Assembly (NCBI RefSeq): GCF_000341895.1
Contig: NC_020409.1
Location: forward strand, 2,550,001-2,582,000
Source of the DNA: Pseudodesulfovibrio piezophilus C1TLV30
Lineage (GTDB): Bacteria > Desulfobacterota > Desulfovibrionia > Desulfovibrionales > Desulfovibrionaceae
Length of the DNA: 32,000 bases
Direction of reading: 5' to 3'
Position 1 is the stretch's first letter. Each line of letters begins with the position of its first letter. The position numbers were made by a program, and so were the translations under genes. Shown here in pieces: positions 1-7,823 of the stretch. The notes under the pieces are model-generated. The model was not told the DNA's origin, made no database searches, and saw only the letters and a program-made list of their open reading frames with translations.

Positions 1-153
1 GGCAAGATAGATGAAAAGAAATGCAGCGCCTCCGTTTTGGCCTGTCATGTATGGGAATTTCCAGATGTTTCCCAGTCCGACAGCGGATCCGAGGGTGGCT
101 GTCAGCACACCGAGTTTTGTCGCGAACCCTTCGCGGCTTTGGTTGATAGACAT
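1..153 (-). CDS. Sodium-dependent transporter, NSS/SNF family, N-terminal 51 codons (gene runs off the window start)
   Basis: Too short for the ORF track. Manual reverse translation from the ATG at 153-151 gives MSINQSREGFATKLGVLTATLGSAVGLGNIWKFPYMTGQNGGAAFLFIYLA. It contains the GLGNIW(K/R)FPY signature of neurotransmitter:sodium symporters. An AGGA-type RBS lies ~9 nt upstream. The frame is open to the window edge. Confidence 0.8.
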   Translation of the reverse strand, partial: MSINQSREGFATKLGVLTATLGSAVGLGNIWKFPYMTGQNGGAAFLFIYLA

Positions 154-346
154 ATGTATGGTCCTTTCGGTTATGAATTATCGCCTCCAGCGGCGTGGGA
201 CCGATAGCGCGCCAGGCGCGTCTTTGCAACCTTTGGGGAAAAGGGTACGGTTTGGCAAAAAGGTTAGGGGGCCTTAAACATGGCGATGTTTTTCGTGCAG
301 TTCCCATGGGATCGTCATGATGGAGTCTCTTTTTCCGGGGTTCTGC

Positions 347-368
347 GGCCGGGGAGTGATCCCCGGCC
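347..368 (-). terminator. Possible stem-loop just downstream of the head-module operon (no U-tract)
   Basis: GGCCGGGGA-GTGA-TCCCCGGCC forms a 9-bp GC stem about 20 nt after the stop of the 389..1228 gene. No T-run follows on either strand, so calling it a terminator is tentative. Confidence 0.3.
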
Positions 369-388
369 AGTCTTTCACGAGGGCGGCC

Positions 389-1228
389 TTACAGACGGCT
401 GCCAGGGATGTAATCGCCGGGATAGAGTGTCTCAAAGCCTTTGCGAACTGTTTTTACATATTCTGGGTCACGCTTGTTCGGGTCGTGATATCGCGGATCC
501 TGCATCATTTCCCTGAGTTTTTCACGGGAGAGTTCCTCGCCCCAGCCTTGGCCCGGAGAGCGCATGCCGCTTTCCAGAACAAGTGGGGCAACCTTGGCAA
601 AGGCATTGATCACGGCGGCGTGATCTCCGGCGCGGGTGGAGTCGAGAGCATGAATCAGTTCCTTGCCGCCCAGTGCTTCGGCTGCCCGCAGAGCCGAGTC
701 GAGCATGTGCGGGGTTCGTCCGCGATGCACTGCCCGCAGGGATTCCAGTTCCCGTTCCCGAAGCTGGTTTGTCTCAGCCTGCATGGTATGGTGGGTGTCA
801 ATGACCAGCGGAAGGAACCATTGGTACAGTCCTGCCACCTGCTCGGCAGTGAGGCCCAGTCGGAACGCCGCATTCTTGAACCCGTTGATCATGTCCTCCT
901 GCATTTCATAGCCATCAGGCAGGTCGATGTCCGGCAAGGTATAGCCCTCAGGGTGATCGGGACGCCCCAGTGCGGAATAAAGGGTATTTCGCTGTTCGTC
1001 GTCTCCCTGACCCTCTGGAACACGAATATATCCTTCCGGGGTTTTGCCGAGCAGTCGTTGGGCGTGGACCAGGGCTTTGACGGCTTCATCCTTGGATGTA
1101 TAATTTTTCAGGGTAGGGTGTTCCCGTAAGGGAATTTCTTCTTCCCGGCCGTCCTCGCGGGCATTTTTGATGGTCCATTCCGCGGGCAGGGTCTGTTGCC
1201 AGTTCTGGGGGATGTTTTGGGTATTCAT
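389..1228 (-). CDS. Phage scaffolding-like protein (call based on position)
   Basis: 279-aa ORF with an AAGGAG RBS and an ATGA start/stop overlap with the upstream gene. The sequence is charged and looks helical. It sits directly after the portal and a small gene, where T7-like podoviruses place the scaffold (gp9). I recognise no diagnostic motif. Confidence 0.5.
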   Translation of the reverse strand: MNTQNIPQNWQQTLPAEWTIKNAREDGREEEIPLREHPTLKNYTSKDEAVKALVHAQRLLGKTPEGYIRVPEGQGDDEQRNTLYSALGRPDHPEGYTLPDIDLPDGYEMQEDMINGFKNAAFRLGLTAEQVAGLYQWFLPLVIDTHHTMQAETNQLRERELESLRAVHRGRTPHMLDSALRAAEALGGKELIHALDSTRAGDHAAVINAFAKVAPLVLESGMRSPGQGWGEELSREKLREMMQDPRYHDPNKRDPEYVKTVRKGFETLYPGDYIPGSRL

Positions 1229-1452
1229 TGGAGTATCTCCTTGTTGATGAAGTTGGTTTCGTCACACATGTGTTTGACATGCAGGACCAGGGATCGTCGG
1301 CCTTCGTTGAAGTCGGTGCGGCCGGGGTCAGTGGAGAAATTAGAGCGCAGGAAACCTGCCCTTTTCTCCAGATCATCCATGATGGCCTGTCCGTCAGGGG
1401 TGTCAAAGATGCGCCTGTATGCGCAATGCAGTTCCAGGGGATCAAACGCCAC
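1225..1452 (-). CDS. Small conserved phage protein between portal and scaffold (possibly Bbp19-like; uncertain)
   Basis: 75 aa with a GTG start preceded by GGAGGG. It overlaps the portal stop by 11 nt and the scaffold start by 4 nt (ATGA). The tight coupling argues that it is a real gene. Confidence 0.6.
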   Translation of the reverse strand: MAFDPLELHCAYRRIFDTPDGQAIMDDLEKRAGFLRSNFSTDPGRTDFNEGRRSLVLHVKHMCDETNFINKEILQ

Positions 1453-3232
1453 GGGGACCCTCCATCTTTTGTGTTTCTGCTGTGCTTTCCGAAAGGGGAC
1501 CAGTCACTTGTTCGGCCATGGAGGAGGGGGGGGATGGTCGCTCTGCTTGGGCAGGCATTTTCTTGGCGAGTTTTCCGGCTCCACCCATGAATAAGTTCCA
1601 GGCTTCGGTGAGTATGTTCGGCCTATCCGTGTATGCCTCGGACAGGGTCTTGGCGATGGCTGCCGCATCCGCGACGGTTTTGGCTGTCATGGCAGATCCT
1701 TGGGATTTGCTTTTTTGCTCCCTGGCTGCGGCAACATCGCCTTCCGGCTTGAGGTAGTCTGCCGGAATGCCGAACAGGTCTGCCACGTGCCGGGCCATGC
1801 GGTCCGTATTGAAGTTGTCCATGATGCCGAAGGCGTCGCCTGTTCCCACCAGTGGAGAGAGGTACTGCATGGCCTGAGGGAGTCCCTGGGCCTCATAGAG
1901 CTTCTGGGCATGGGTGATGGGTGAAGTATACCGCACCTCAATGTCTTCCGGGGTCAATCCTTCCGGGAATGGCGGCAAGGCTCCGGCCCGGAGCATGATC
2001 TTGAAGACGCGCTTGATCAGCGGGCTGAGGAATTCGGTCTGCAAGCGGCCCAGCACAGGACCGAGCACTCGCATCTTTTCCGTTTGGCGAATGACAGCTT
2101 CCGTGGCACTGACGGCAGGGCCTTCCGCCGCCAGTTGGTCACTCATGAAGATGCGCCGAATGGATTCCCTGCGCTGTTGCATCATCGATTCCGTGGCTGC
2201 GAGGTCCACACGCACCGGCAAAGCCTCAATACGGTCACTGGACCCGGCGCGGTAATAGGACAAGCCTCCGGGCCCGGACCGAACCGGACCGAGAAAACCG
2301 TCATCCGGGACCATCAATGGCGGATCAGACATTTTTTCGGCAGCCATGAGCGCCGTCCGGGCCATGGCATTGAGCACTCGCGTATCTGACAGGGCGGTCT
2401 GTCCCGGTCCTCGTCCGTATATCTCTCCCGCTGCCTTGGCCCAACGCGGGACCAGATAGGGCATTTCAAGATAGCCGGATTCTTCCAGGATATTCTGACT
2501 CGCCACCTCCATATAGATTGAAGCGTATGGGAAGTTTGCCGCACCAAGAGCGAATGGATCCCGATCGGTCCTCGGGAACACTGCGTGAAGCATCATGACC
2601 TTTTCGTCGGGCCTGTCTTCACTTTTTTTTCGCACTTCGTCCGAGCACCGTGCGCCCCACTCCTGGACCGCCTGTCGAGCTGTCAGTTCATATCTTCGGT
2701 AGACGGTATCCACTACGCCTCTTGCAGATTCAGAGACATAGACCTCGCCGAGAGGCCTGGTGGAAAAACGGGCAATGGTGCGAGGATCAGCCTCCACATA
2801 CATGACCGCTGTACCCATCAAAGCCACGTCCAGATAGAGTTCATGGACATTGGTCTGGAAGCAGGAATCCTCGGAATTGAACAAGGCGGCGATACGTTCG
2901 CGGGCCTGTTGCAGGAATTCGCGGATTGTCTGCTCATCTCCACGGCCAAAGTCTCGGGCGCGGATATCAAACCACGGCATGGCAGGATTGGTGAGTAATC
3001 CACCCAGAGCCGATGCCAATAACTCAAGGGAGTGCATGGGGGTCGAGTCGAAGATGTGTTCGTCTCGGATTTGCCCTCGGTTCAGTTGCGTTCCACCTGT
3101 CGCAACGAAACTGTTTTTGCGTGGCAGCATGTATTCGGTCAATTCCCGCCATGAATCGACCCATGGTTGGCGTGTTTCCTCCAGCCCCTGAAATCGGGTC
3201 AGGAGGGATTGCGCCAATTCTTTTTTGTCCAT
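1442..3232 (-). CDS. Portal protein, T7 gp8-like head-to-tail connector
   Basis: ~596 aa. Two segments parallel T7 gp8: ELLASALGGLLTNPAMPWFDIRA and TEAVIRQTEKMRVLGPVLGRLQTEFLSPLIKRVFKIMLRAGALPPFPEGL. In gp8 the corresponding stretches are NNLASKLMLALFP and TAEEIRYVASELEDTLGGVYSILSQELQLPLVRVLLKQL. The ORF track starts at 3238. I prefer the ATG at 3232 because it is 6 nt after the GGGAGA RBS. Confidence 0.9.
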   Translation of the reverse strand: MDKKELAQSLLTRFQGLEETRQPWVDSWRELTEYMLPRKNSFVATGGTQLNRGQIRDEHIFDSTPMHSLELLASALGGLLTNPAMPWFDIRARDFGRGDEQTIREFLQQARERIAALFNSEDSCFQTNVHELYLDVALMGTAVMYVEADPRTIARFSTRPLGEVYVSESARGVVDTVYRRYELTARQAVQEWGARCSDEVRKKSEDRPDEKVMMLHAVFPRTDRDPFALGAANFPYASIYMEVASQNILEESGYLEMPYLVPRWAKAAGEIYGRGPGQTALSDTRVLNAMARTALMAAEKMSDPPLMVPDDGFLGPVRSGPGGLSYYRAGSSDRIEALPVRVDLAATESMMQQRRESIRRIFMSDQLAAEGPAVSATEAVIRQTEKMRVLGPVLGRLQTEFLSPLIKRVFKIMLRAGALPPFPEGLTPEDIEVRYTSPITHAQKLYEAQGLPQAMQYLSPLVGTGDAFGIMDNFNTDRMARHVADLFGIPADYLKPEGDVAAAREQKSKSQGSAMTAKTVADAAAIAKTLSEAYTDRPNILTEAWNLFMGGAGKLAKKMPAQAERPSPPSSMAEQVTGPLSESTAETQKMEGPRGV

Positions 3233-3234
3233 TG

Positions 3235-3549
3235 TCATTCTCCCAGCTTGGTCTTGAGTTTGGAGACGCCGACTTCGGGGGAATTGGTCAAGCCTGCCGC
3301 GCCATTGCCCAGAGTACTTTTTGTTATTGCTTCGGCCTTGCGCCGTTTTTCGAGATCGCGGGCTTCCATGACCTTGTCTCGTTCTCGGCGGCGTTCCTCA
3401 GCCTCCTCCTGCCTTTGTTCTTCTTCGCGGGCTTTGCGCTCGGCAACGAGGTTGTTCGAGGGACTGGTTGCCCCGCCGGAGATAACCCCGCCGATAACAT
3501 TGCTGGCGACGCTAGAAAGCGTCTTCATCAGTATTTCAGAGCCTCCCAT
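3235..3549 (-). CDS. Hypothetical phage protein with a Gly/Ser-rich N-terminus and a charged coiled-coil core
   Basis: The track ORF is 3235..3594. The internal ATG at 3549 has a perfect AGGAGG RBS (3560-3565), whereas the 3594 start has none. The stop TGA overlaps the ATG at 3236-3238. Confidence 0.6.
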   Translation of the reverse strand: MGGSEILMKTLSSVASNVIGGVISGGATSPSNNLVAERKAREEEQRQEEAEERRRERDKVMEARDLEKRRKAEAITKSTLGNGAAGLTNSPEVGVSKLKTKLGE

Positions 3550-3583
3550 AGTTGATAGTCCTCCTGTTAAAGTGTTTTCAGGA

Positions 3584-3676
3584 GGATAACCCATGGTTTG
3601 GGAGCAGGGTGAGAACGGGCTTCAACGGGTGTGAACGGGCAGAAGAAGGGTGAAATCAGGTGTTGACAGGGTTTGT
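3584..3676 (-). promoter_or_regulatory. Conserved upstream regulatory module, copy A (head operon)
   Basis: Read on the plus strand, the module runs in this order:
- ggataacccatGGTTTG (GGTTTG at 3595-3600)
- GGGTGAGAACGGG (3607-3619)
- GGGTGTGAACGGG (3627-3639)
- GGGTGAAATCAGG (3648-3660)
- TGTTGACAGGGTTTGT (3661-3676)
It lies 35-127 nt upstream of the head-operon ATG at 3549. The architecture matches copies B and C. Confidence 0.6.
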
Positions 3677-3735
3677 CAGCTCCCCGGAAATGGCCGGAAC
3701 AGAGGAGAAAATGAGCGCATGAAGAGAAAGAGGAC

Positions 3736-3763
3736 TTGACGTTGTTTTTTTCGCGCGTATATT
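3736..3763 (+). promoter_or_regulatory. Sigma70-like promoter for the repeat-protein gene
   Basis: TTGACG (3736-3741), 16-nt spacer, TATATT (3758-3763). It lies ~75 nt upstream of the ATG at 3837. Confidence 0.55.
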
Positions 3764-3836
3764 AATTATATGCCAAATGACCCGGTAGGGTTTTTTTGCG
3801 GACCAGGGACGGTCGGCTTTGGCAGGGAGAAAGACA

Positions 3837-6023
3837 ATGTCTGCCCACGTTACCGATTTCATCATGGCCGGTCCTCCCGGTCATGTGACAGCAGGTCCCG
3901 CAGGGTCATTCAGGGCGAGCGATGCCGGTCGAGCCGTTATTGGCGAGCCGGGCTACGTGCCCATTGATACCACTCCGGCATATATTCCCATCGATACCAC
4001 TCTTCCAAGGATTCCCTATGCTCCGGGCATGGGAATTACCGTCACCGATTCTTCTGTGGGTGTTCATATCACAGGCGGGACCTCTGTAGGCGGTTTTGTG
4101 GAAGGCTCTACACAGGCTCCCATAGGCGGAGGTCATACATCGCCGACTCCGGTCAACGGAGGAGTGGTTAGTATGCCCAACTCCAGCAGTGCGAGTACTG
4201 CTACCGGTGTCGGCAGCACCGGGCTTGTGGGCGGGAATTCCGTTACCACGATCAATAATACGCAGGGTAATGTTTCCATAGGCGGGTCAACTTCCATTGT
4301 CGAATCTGGCAGGACCTCGGTGTCCCCGTCCGGCGGAAGCAGCTCCGGGACATTCGAGCGGGGTGGGTACAGTTCTCCTGAGGGGGGTGGACATGTTCCC
4401 ATTTCAACGGAGCACGGCAACGTTCCGGTTTCCCTTGCCGGTTCCGTTCCGATTACACCACATATCGGGTTCTCCATGCCGACTCTTTCCGGCATCACCC
4501 CCAGTACTCCCAGCGGGCGGGTGCAGGCTTTTCGTCACACAGCTCCGCACGGTTCGTATTTCGGACACACGCAACATTGGCCCAATGACGTCTTTCATCA
4601 CACTACGCATTCCTCCGGGTTTACACCCAAGTCCGTGCCACAGGCTCCATGGGTTCCCACTGTGGATGGCTATGAAGAGTCCAAGTTGCCGACGACTTCT
4701 TTTGATGATTCCATGGGACGTGGCAATCCCATTGACATGTCATCATCTTATTCCATGAATATCGATCAGACGCGGGATATCGATCAAAATCATCTGGTCA
4801 CCTACAACGAAACCGTGGACAGGGCGCTTGATCTTTCCATGAACTCCGTGGTGCAACGCAGCGATTCTGTTCTGAATCAGACTGATCTGGATAATTCTTC
4901 CACGACGAACCTGGATATGAGCACCACGCAGAACGTGGACAATGCCAATACGGTCAATCAAGTGACCAATCAGGATGCCATTTACAACACGACGCAGCAG
5001 AATGTGATGGAGCAGGATAATTCCAGAACCTTCAATAATACTGAAAATCGGGAATTGATCAACGAAAACCAGAATGTGCAGGTTCAGAATGTCGATGCGA
5101 CCCAGTCTGTCACGGAGAACAGGGTGGTTGATCAGAGCGTGTTGGACAATTCCACGGCCAACTATGTCAATCAGCGTGATGTCTCTGTCAGTTATGATAA
5201 TTCCGTGACCAGAGCCGAGGACCATTCCTCGTCCAATCAGGTTATCAATGAGAATACCTATAATGAAGTGGATAACTCCGTCAGCGAACAGAATACGTTG
5301 AGCCAAACAGTGCTTGAAAGCGAATATTCCTCCAATGTGTCCTTTAATGAGACGCATCTCAATCAGAACGACAACTCCACGGATATGGACACTGACATTG
5401 CGTTCGTCAGTCAGACCAATGACAACTCCACGGTCAATTATACATCGGATAATGACGTCAGCTTTGTGGAAAACAGGAACTTCAATGAAACTTCCACGGA
5501 AACCCATATCAACGAGAACGATAATTCGCGGGTTGTGGAACAGAGCACCAACTACAACTTCTCACAGAATGATAATTCCGTGACCAATATTGTGGATAAC
5601 AATTCCACAGTCATCAACGAAAACAGAGAGATGTCCGTCGAGTACAACACGTCTTCGGAAAATGTCTTCGATCAGTCTCGACACATAGATCAATCCACGG
5701 CGTTCAATTTCGTGGATCAGGACAACTCTGTCGTGCAATATGTCAATGACAACGACATAACCATGGTGGAGAACGATAACGTCACGCTGTCCTTCCCGGA
5801 AACACGTCTGCTTGAGATTGATAACTCAAATACAGTGGAAGTGAACAATACGTTCCAGAATCAGCACAATGACAATTCTCAGACCAATTATGTGGATGCG
5901 CGGGAAATGACGGTTCTTGATATCGATCAACCCAGCTACACTGTGGATCAATCAAGCAGCCTGGTCATGAATTTCCAGGCTCCGGAGCGGGCCGGCGGCG
6001 ATCTCATGGTCGGCAATGCCTGA
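3837..6023 (+). CDS. Low-complexity acidic Asn/Asp/Ser/Thr/Gln repeat protein, function unknown
   Basis: - The track ORF starts at a TTG (3819). The ATG at 3837 sits 6 nt after a GGGAGA RBS, giving 728 aa.
- I see no Sec signal peptide.
- The N-terminal third is Gly/Ser/Thr/Pro-rich, with a YVPIDTT/YIPIDTT tandem and a His-rich patch.
- The C-terminal ~430 aa contains about a dozen DNS tripeptides set in degenerate repeats.
- By my reading the protein has only 2 Lys and no Cys.
- The gene has its own promoter and a strong terminator. Confidence 0.8.
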   Translation: MSAHVTDFIMAGPPGHVTAGPAGSFRASDAGRAVIGEPGYVPIDTTPAYIPIDTTLPRIPYAPGMGITVTDSSVGVHITGGTSVGGFVEGSTQAPIGGGHTSPTPVNGGVVSMPNSSSASTATGVGSTGLVGGNSVTTINNTQGNVSIGGSTSIVESGRTSVSPSGGSSSGTFERGGYSSPEGGGHVPISTEHGNVPVSLAGSVPITPHIGFSMPTLSGITPSTPSGRVQAFRHTAPHGSYFGHTQHWPNDVFHHTTHSSGFTPKSVPQAPWVPTVDGYEESKLPTTSFDDSMGRGNPIDMSSSYSMNIDQTRDIDQNHLVTYNETVDRALDLSMNSVVQRSDSVLNQTDLDNSSTTNLDMSTTQNVDNANTVNQVTNQDAIYNTTQQNVMEQDNSRTFNNTENRELINENQNVQVQNVDATQSVTENRVVDQSVLDNSTANYVNQRDVSVSYDNSVTRAEDHSSSNQVINENTYNEVDNSVSEQNTLSQTVLESEYSSNVSFNETHLNQNDNSTDMDTDIAFVSQTNDNSTVNYTSDNDVSFVENRNFNETSTETHINENDNSRVVEQSTNYNFSQNDNSVTNIVDNNSTVINENREMSVEYNTSSENVFDQSRHIDQSTAFNFVDQDNSVVQYVNDNDITMVENDNVTLSFPETRLLEIDNSNTVEVNNTFQNQHNDNSQTNYVDAREMTVLDIDQPSYTVDQSSSLVMNFQAPERAGGDLMVGNA
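5349..5831 (+). repeat. Degenerate ~150-nt (50-aa) intragenic repeats
   Basis: The in-frame anchors ETHLNQNDNS (from 5349), ETHINENDNS (from 5499) and ETRLLEIDNS (from 5799) are spaced 150 and 300 nt apart. Related blocks (DNSTVNYTSDNDVSFVEN and DNSVVQYVNDNDITMVEN) recur between them. Confidence 0.6.
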
Positions 6024-6054
6024 TTCTTTGTAATTGAAAGCCCTTGAAATGCGG

Positions 6055-6083
6055 AGGACACCTGTCAATTCAGGTGTCCTTTT
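6055..6083 (+). terminator. Rho-independent terminator of the repeat-protein gene
   Basis: GGACACCTG (6055-6063), loop TCAATT, CAGGTGTCC (6070-6078), then TTTTT (6079-6083). It starts 32 nt after the stop codon. Confidence 0.85.
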
Positions 6084-6130
6084 TCATTCGCAGAGTCGAG
6101 ATGATCGTGCATTAATCCCGGCTTTCATCC

Positions 6131-6496
6131 TCAGGTTGGGTCAACGTCCATGGACATGGTCTGGAGGACGCACTGGTCAGTGAAACCGTAGATCCGGGCA
6201 AAACGGAAAAGATTGGGATTTAATCCCTCTGCATGACTGATGCGAATGCCGGTGATGCGTTTTTTCCCCAACCGTCTGCTTTCTTCTTTGAGCCAGTGAA
6301 CGTCGCCATGGATATTTCGCCTGATTTGTGGTCCCCATCGGATGAGTGAGACGTGGAGTTCCAGCGCGTCCTCATGTTCCCGAATGGCGGAATAGCCATA
6401 GGGCAAATCATTGTGATGCAGTTCGAGCCATCGGTAGTTTTCTTGTGTGAAATGAGCCAGTTCCCTGGGCTTTTTTTTCAGTTCACGAACGCTCAT
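6131..6496 (-). CDS. Hypothetical protein translationally coupled to TerL (faint GNAT-like C-terminal pattern)
   Basis: The track ORF 6131..6616 overlaps terL. The ATG at 6496 follows a GGAGG RBS and overlaps the terL stop by 14 nt, giving 121 aa. The segment RRLGKKRITGIRISHAEGLNPNLFRFARIYGF loosely resembles an acetyltransferase motif A/B region, which is weak evidence. Confidence 0.55.
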   Translation of the reverse strand: MSVRELKKKPRELAHFTQENYRWLELHHNDLPYGYSAIREHEDALELHVSLIRWGPQIRRNIHGDVHWLKEESRRLGKKRITGIRISHAEGLNPNLFRFARIYGFTDQCVLQTMSMDVDPT

Positions 6497-7769
6497 GGAG
6501 CCTCCCGAATGGATTGTATGTGTTTTCGGTTCTGGGTGGGCGTGGTCCTGCCCCCGGCTGCCGGAATCCGACGGCGAAATAGCGGAAGGCATCGACGGCA
6601 TGGCTGGTCCAATCATGAACCGGTCTCACGCCGAAATCATTCATGCGTTCGTTGAATGAGCGGCGGTAATGACGGAGGGACTCCAGCCCTGCTTCACACC
6701 GAGTCATGTCAAACCAGCAGGATGGCAGGAGGGTCCGGACGGCATTGATGCCATCCTGAATGGGGATATTCGGAGCGATGTCAAAGCGGATTCCCAGCCC
6801 TCGTGCCACTTCGAGTCGGGATTTTCCCGTGCCCAGTTCGCGGACGCGGATATCGTGGGGGGCTATATGGATGCCGTATTTATATGCCTTGTCATCAAGG
6901 ATTTTTGCATAATGATCCAGTCCTTCCCCACAGGCCTCATAATAATCAATGATCGCGTAGGTTCCTCCCGGTCGTGCCTGGACGAACCAGATGGATGTGG
7001 AGTCACTCATGCCGAGGTCCCAGGCTGTGTGAACAGGTAATGAGGGGTCGTGGGAGACCTCTGTGATACGGCCTTCCTTATCTGCTTCGCCCATAAGGTT
7101 GCCAAAGTACGCGCCGCGAATGGCTGCCGAGAATGAACATTCGAATTCTTGTTCGTATTCCTCCGGGGACATTTCCCTTGCGGCTGCGGCCAATTCGTCC
7201 TGGTCGATGATGTTGGTGTCCGATGCGCGGTACATGGCCGCAAACCAGCTCGGGTCGCGCCGGGCTTCTTCCCATATTTCGTATAAGGCGTTTTTCCCTC
7301 GGGGAGTGCCGATGAAGATTGCCCATCCCTTTCTATCTGAAAGGGCCGGGCGGATAACCTCGGTCCATATCCGTTTGGGCATCTGTGCCACTTCATCAAA
7401 AAGAACGCCGTCGAGATAAATTCCGCGCAGGGAATCCGGATTTTCAGCCCCGAAGAGGCGGATACGCGAACCATTTTTGAAATCTGCGCGAAGTTCTGTC
7501 TCGTGAAATTTTGCGAGACATTCTTCGGTCCCAACGCCGCAATATCGTTTGAGTTCATCCCAAACGACAGTCTTGGCCTGTTTATAGAGAGGGGCGATGT
7601 AAGCTCCGCGCCAATCCGGTCGGTCGGTTTCACTCGCTGCCCGGATGAGTTGGTTGATGGAGAGGGCGGTCTTGCCGAATCGTCGATGGCAGACCAACAC
7701 CGAAAATCGCGCCAGTCCGGTTTCGATTTCAGCCTGATGTTTTCGGGGGATATAAAGATTATGACTCAT
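6483..7769 (-). CDS. terL: Terminase large subunit
   Basis: 428 aa. Walker A is HRRFGKT. Walker B is LDGVLFDEV. Nuclease-type acidic motifs are present (HTAWDLGMSDSTSIWF, APHD, HDWTSHAVDAFRY). This is the typical TerL ATPase plus RNaseH-like nuclease layout. Confidence 0.9.
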   Translation of the reverse strand: MSHNLYIPRKHQAEIETGLARFSVLVCHRRFGKTALSINQLIRAASETDRPDWRGAYIAPLYKQAKTVVWDELKRYCGVGTEECLAKFHETELRADFKNGSRIRLFGAENPDSLRGIYLDGVLFDEVAQMPKRIWTEVIRPALSDRKGWAIFIGTPRGKNALYEIWEEARRDPSWFAAMYRASDTNIIDQDELAAAAREMSPEEYEQEFECSFSAAIRGAYFGNLMGEADKEGRITEVSHDPSLPVHTAWDLGMSDSTSIWFVQARPGGTYAIIDYYEACGEGLDHYAKILDDKAYKYGIHIAPHDIRVRELGTGKSRLEVARGLGIRFDIAPNIPIQDGINAVRTLLPSCWFDMTRCEAGLESLRHYRRSFNERMNDFGVRPVHDWTSHAVDAFRYFAVGFRQPGAGPRPPRTENTYNPFGRLHERS

Positions 7770-7823
7770 TGCTTAAAGATCCTTGTTGTTGACGGACACG
7801 ACCTGCGAGCGTATTTCCAAGCG

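Noticed and set aside
317-1129. A 270-aa plus-strand ORF.
   Set aside because: It is antisense to the RBS-supported, translationally coupled scaffold-like gene. It has no RBS and a Gly/Arg/Cys-rich shadow-frame composition.
4743-5507. A 254-aa minus-strand ORF inside the repeat-protein gene.
   Set aside because: It is a shadow ORF. Stop codons are rare in the antisense frame because of the biased AAT/GAT/AAC codon usage of the repeat region. Its Ile/Gly/His-rich composition is not protein-like, and it has no RBS or promoter.
6497-6616. An N-terminal extension of the 6131..6616 ORF.
   Set aside because: The extension lies inside terL in another frame. The internal ATG at 6496 has a GGAGG RBS.
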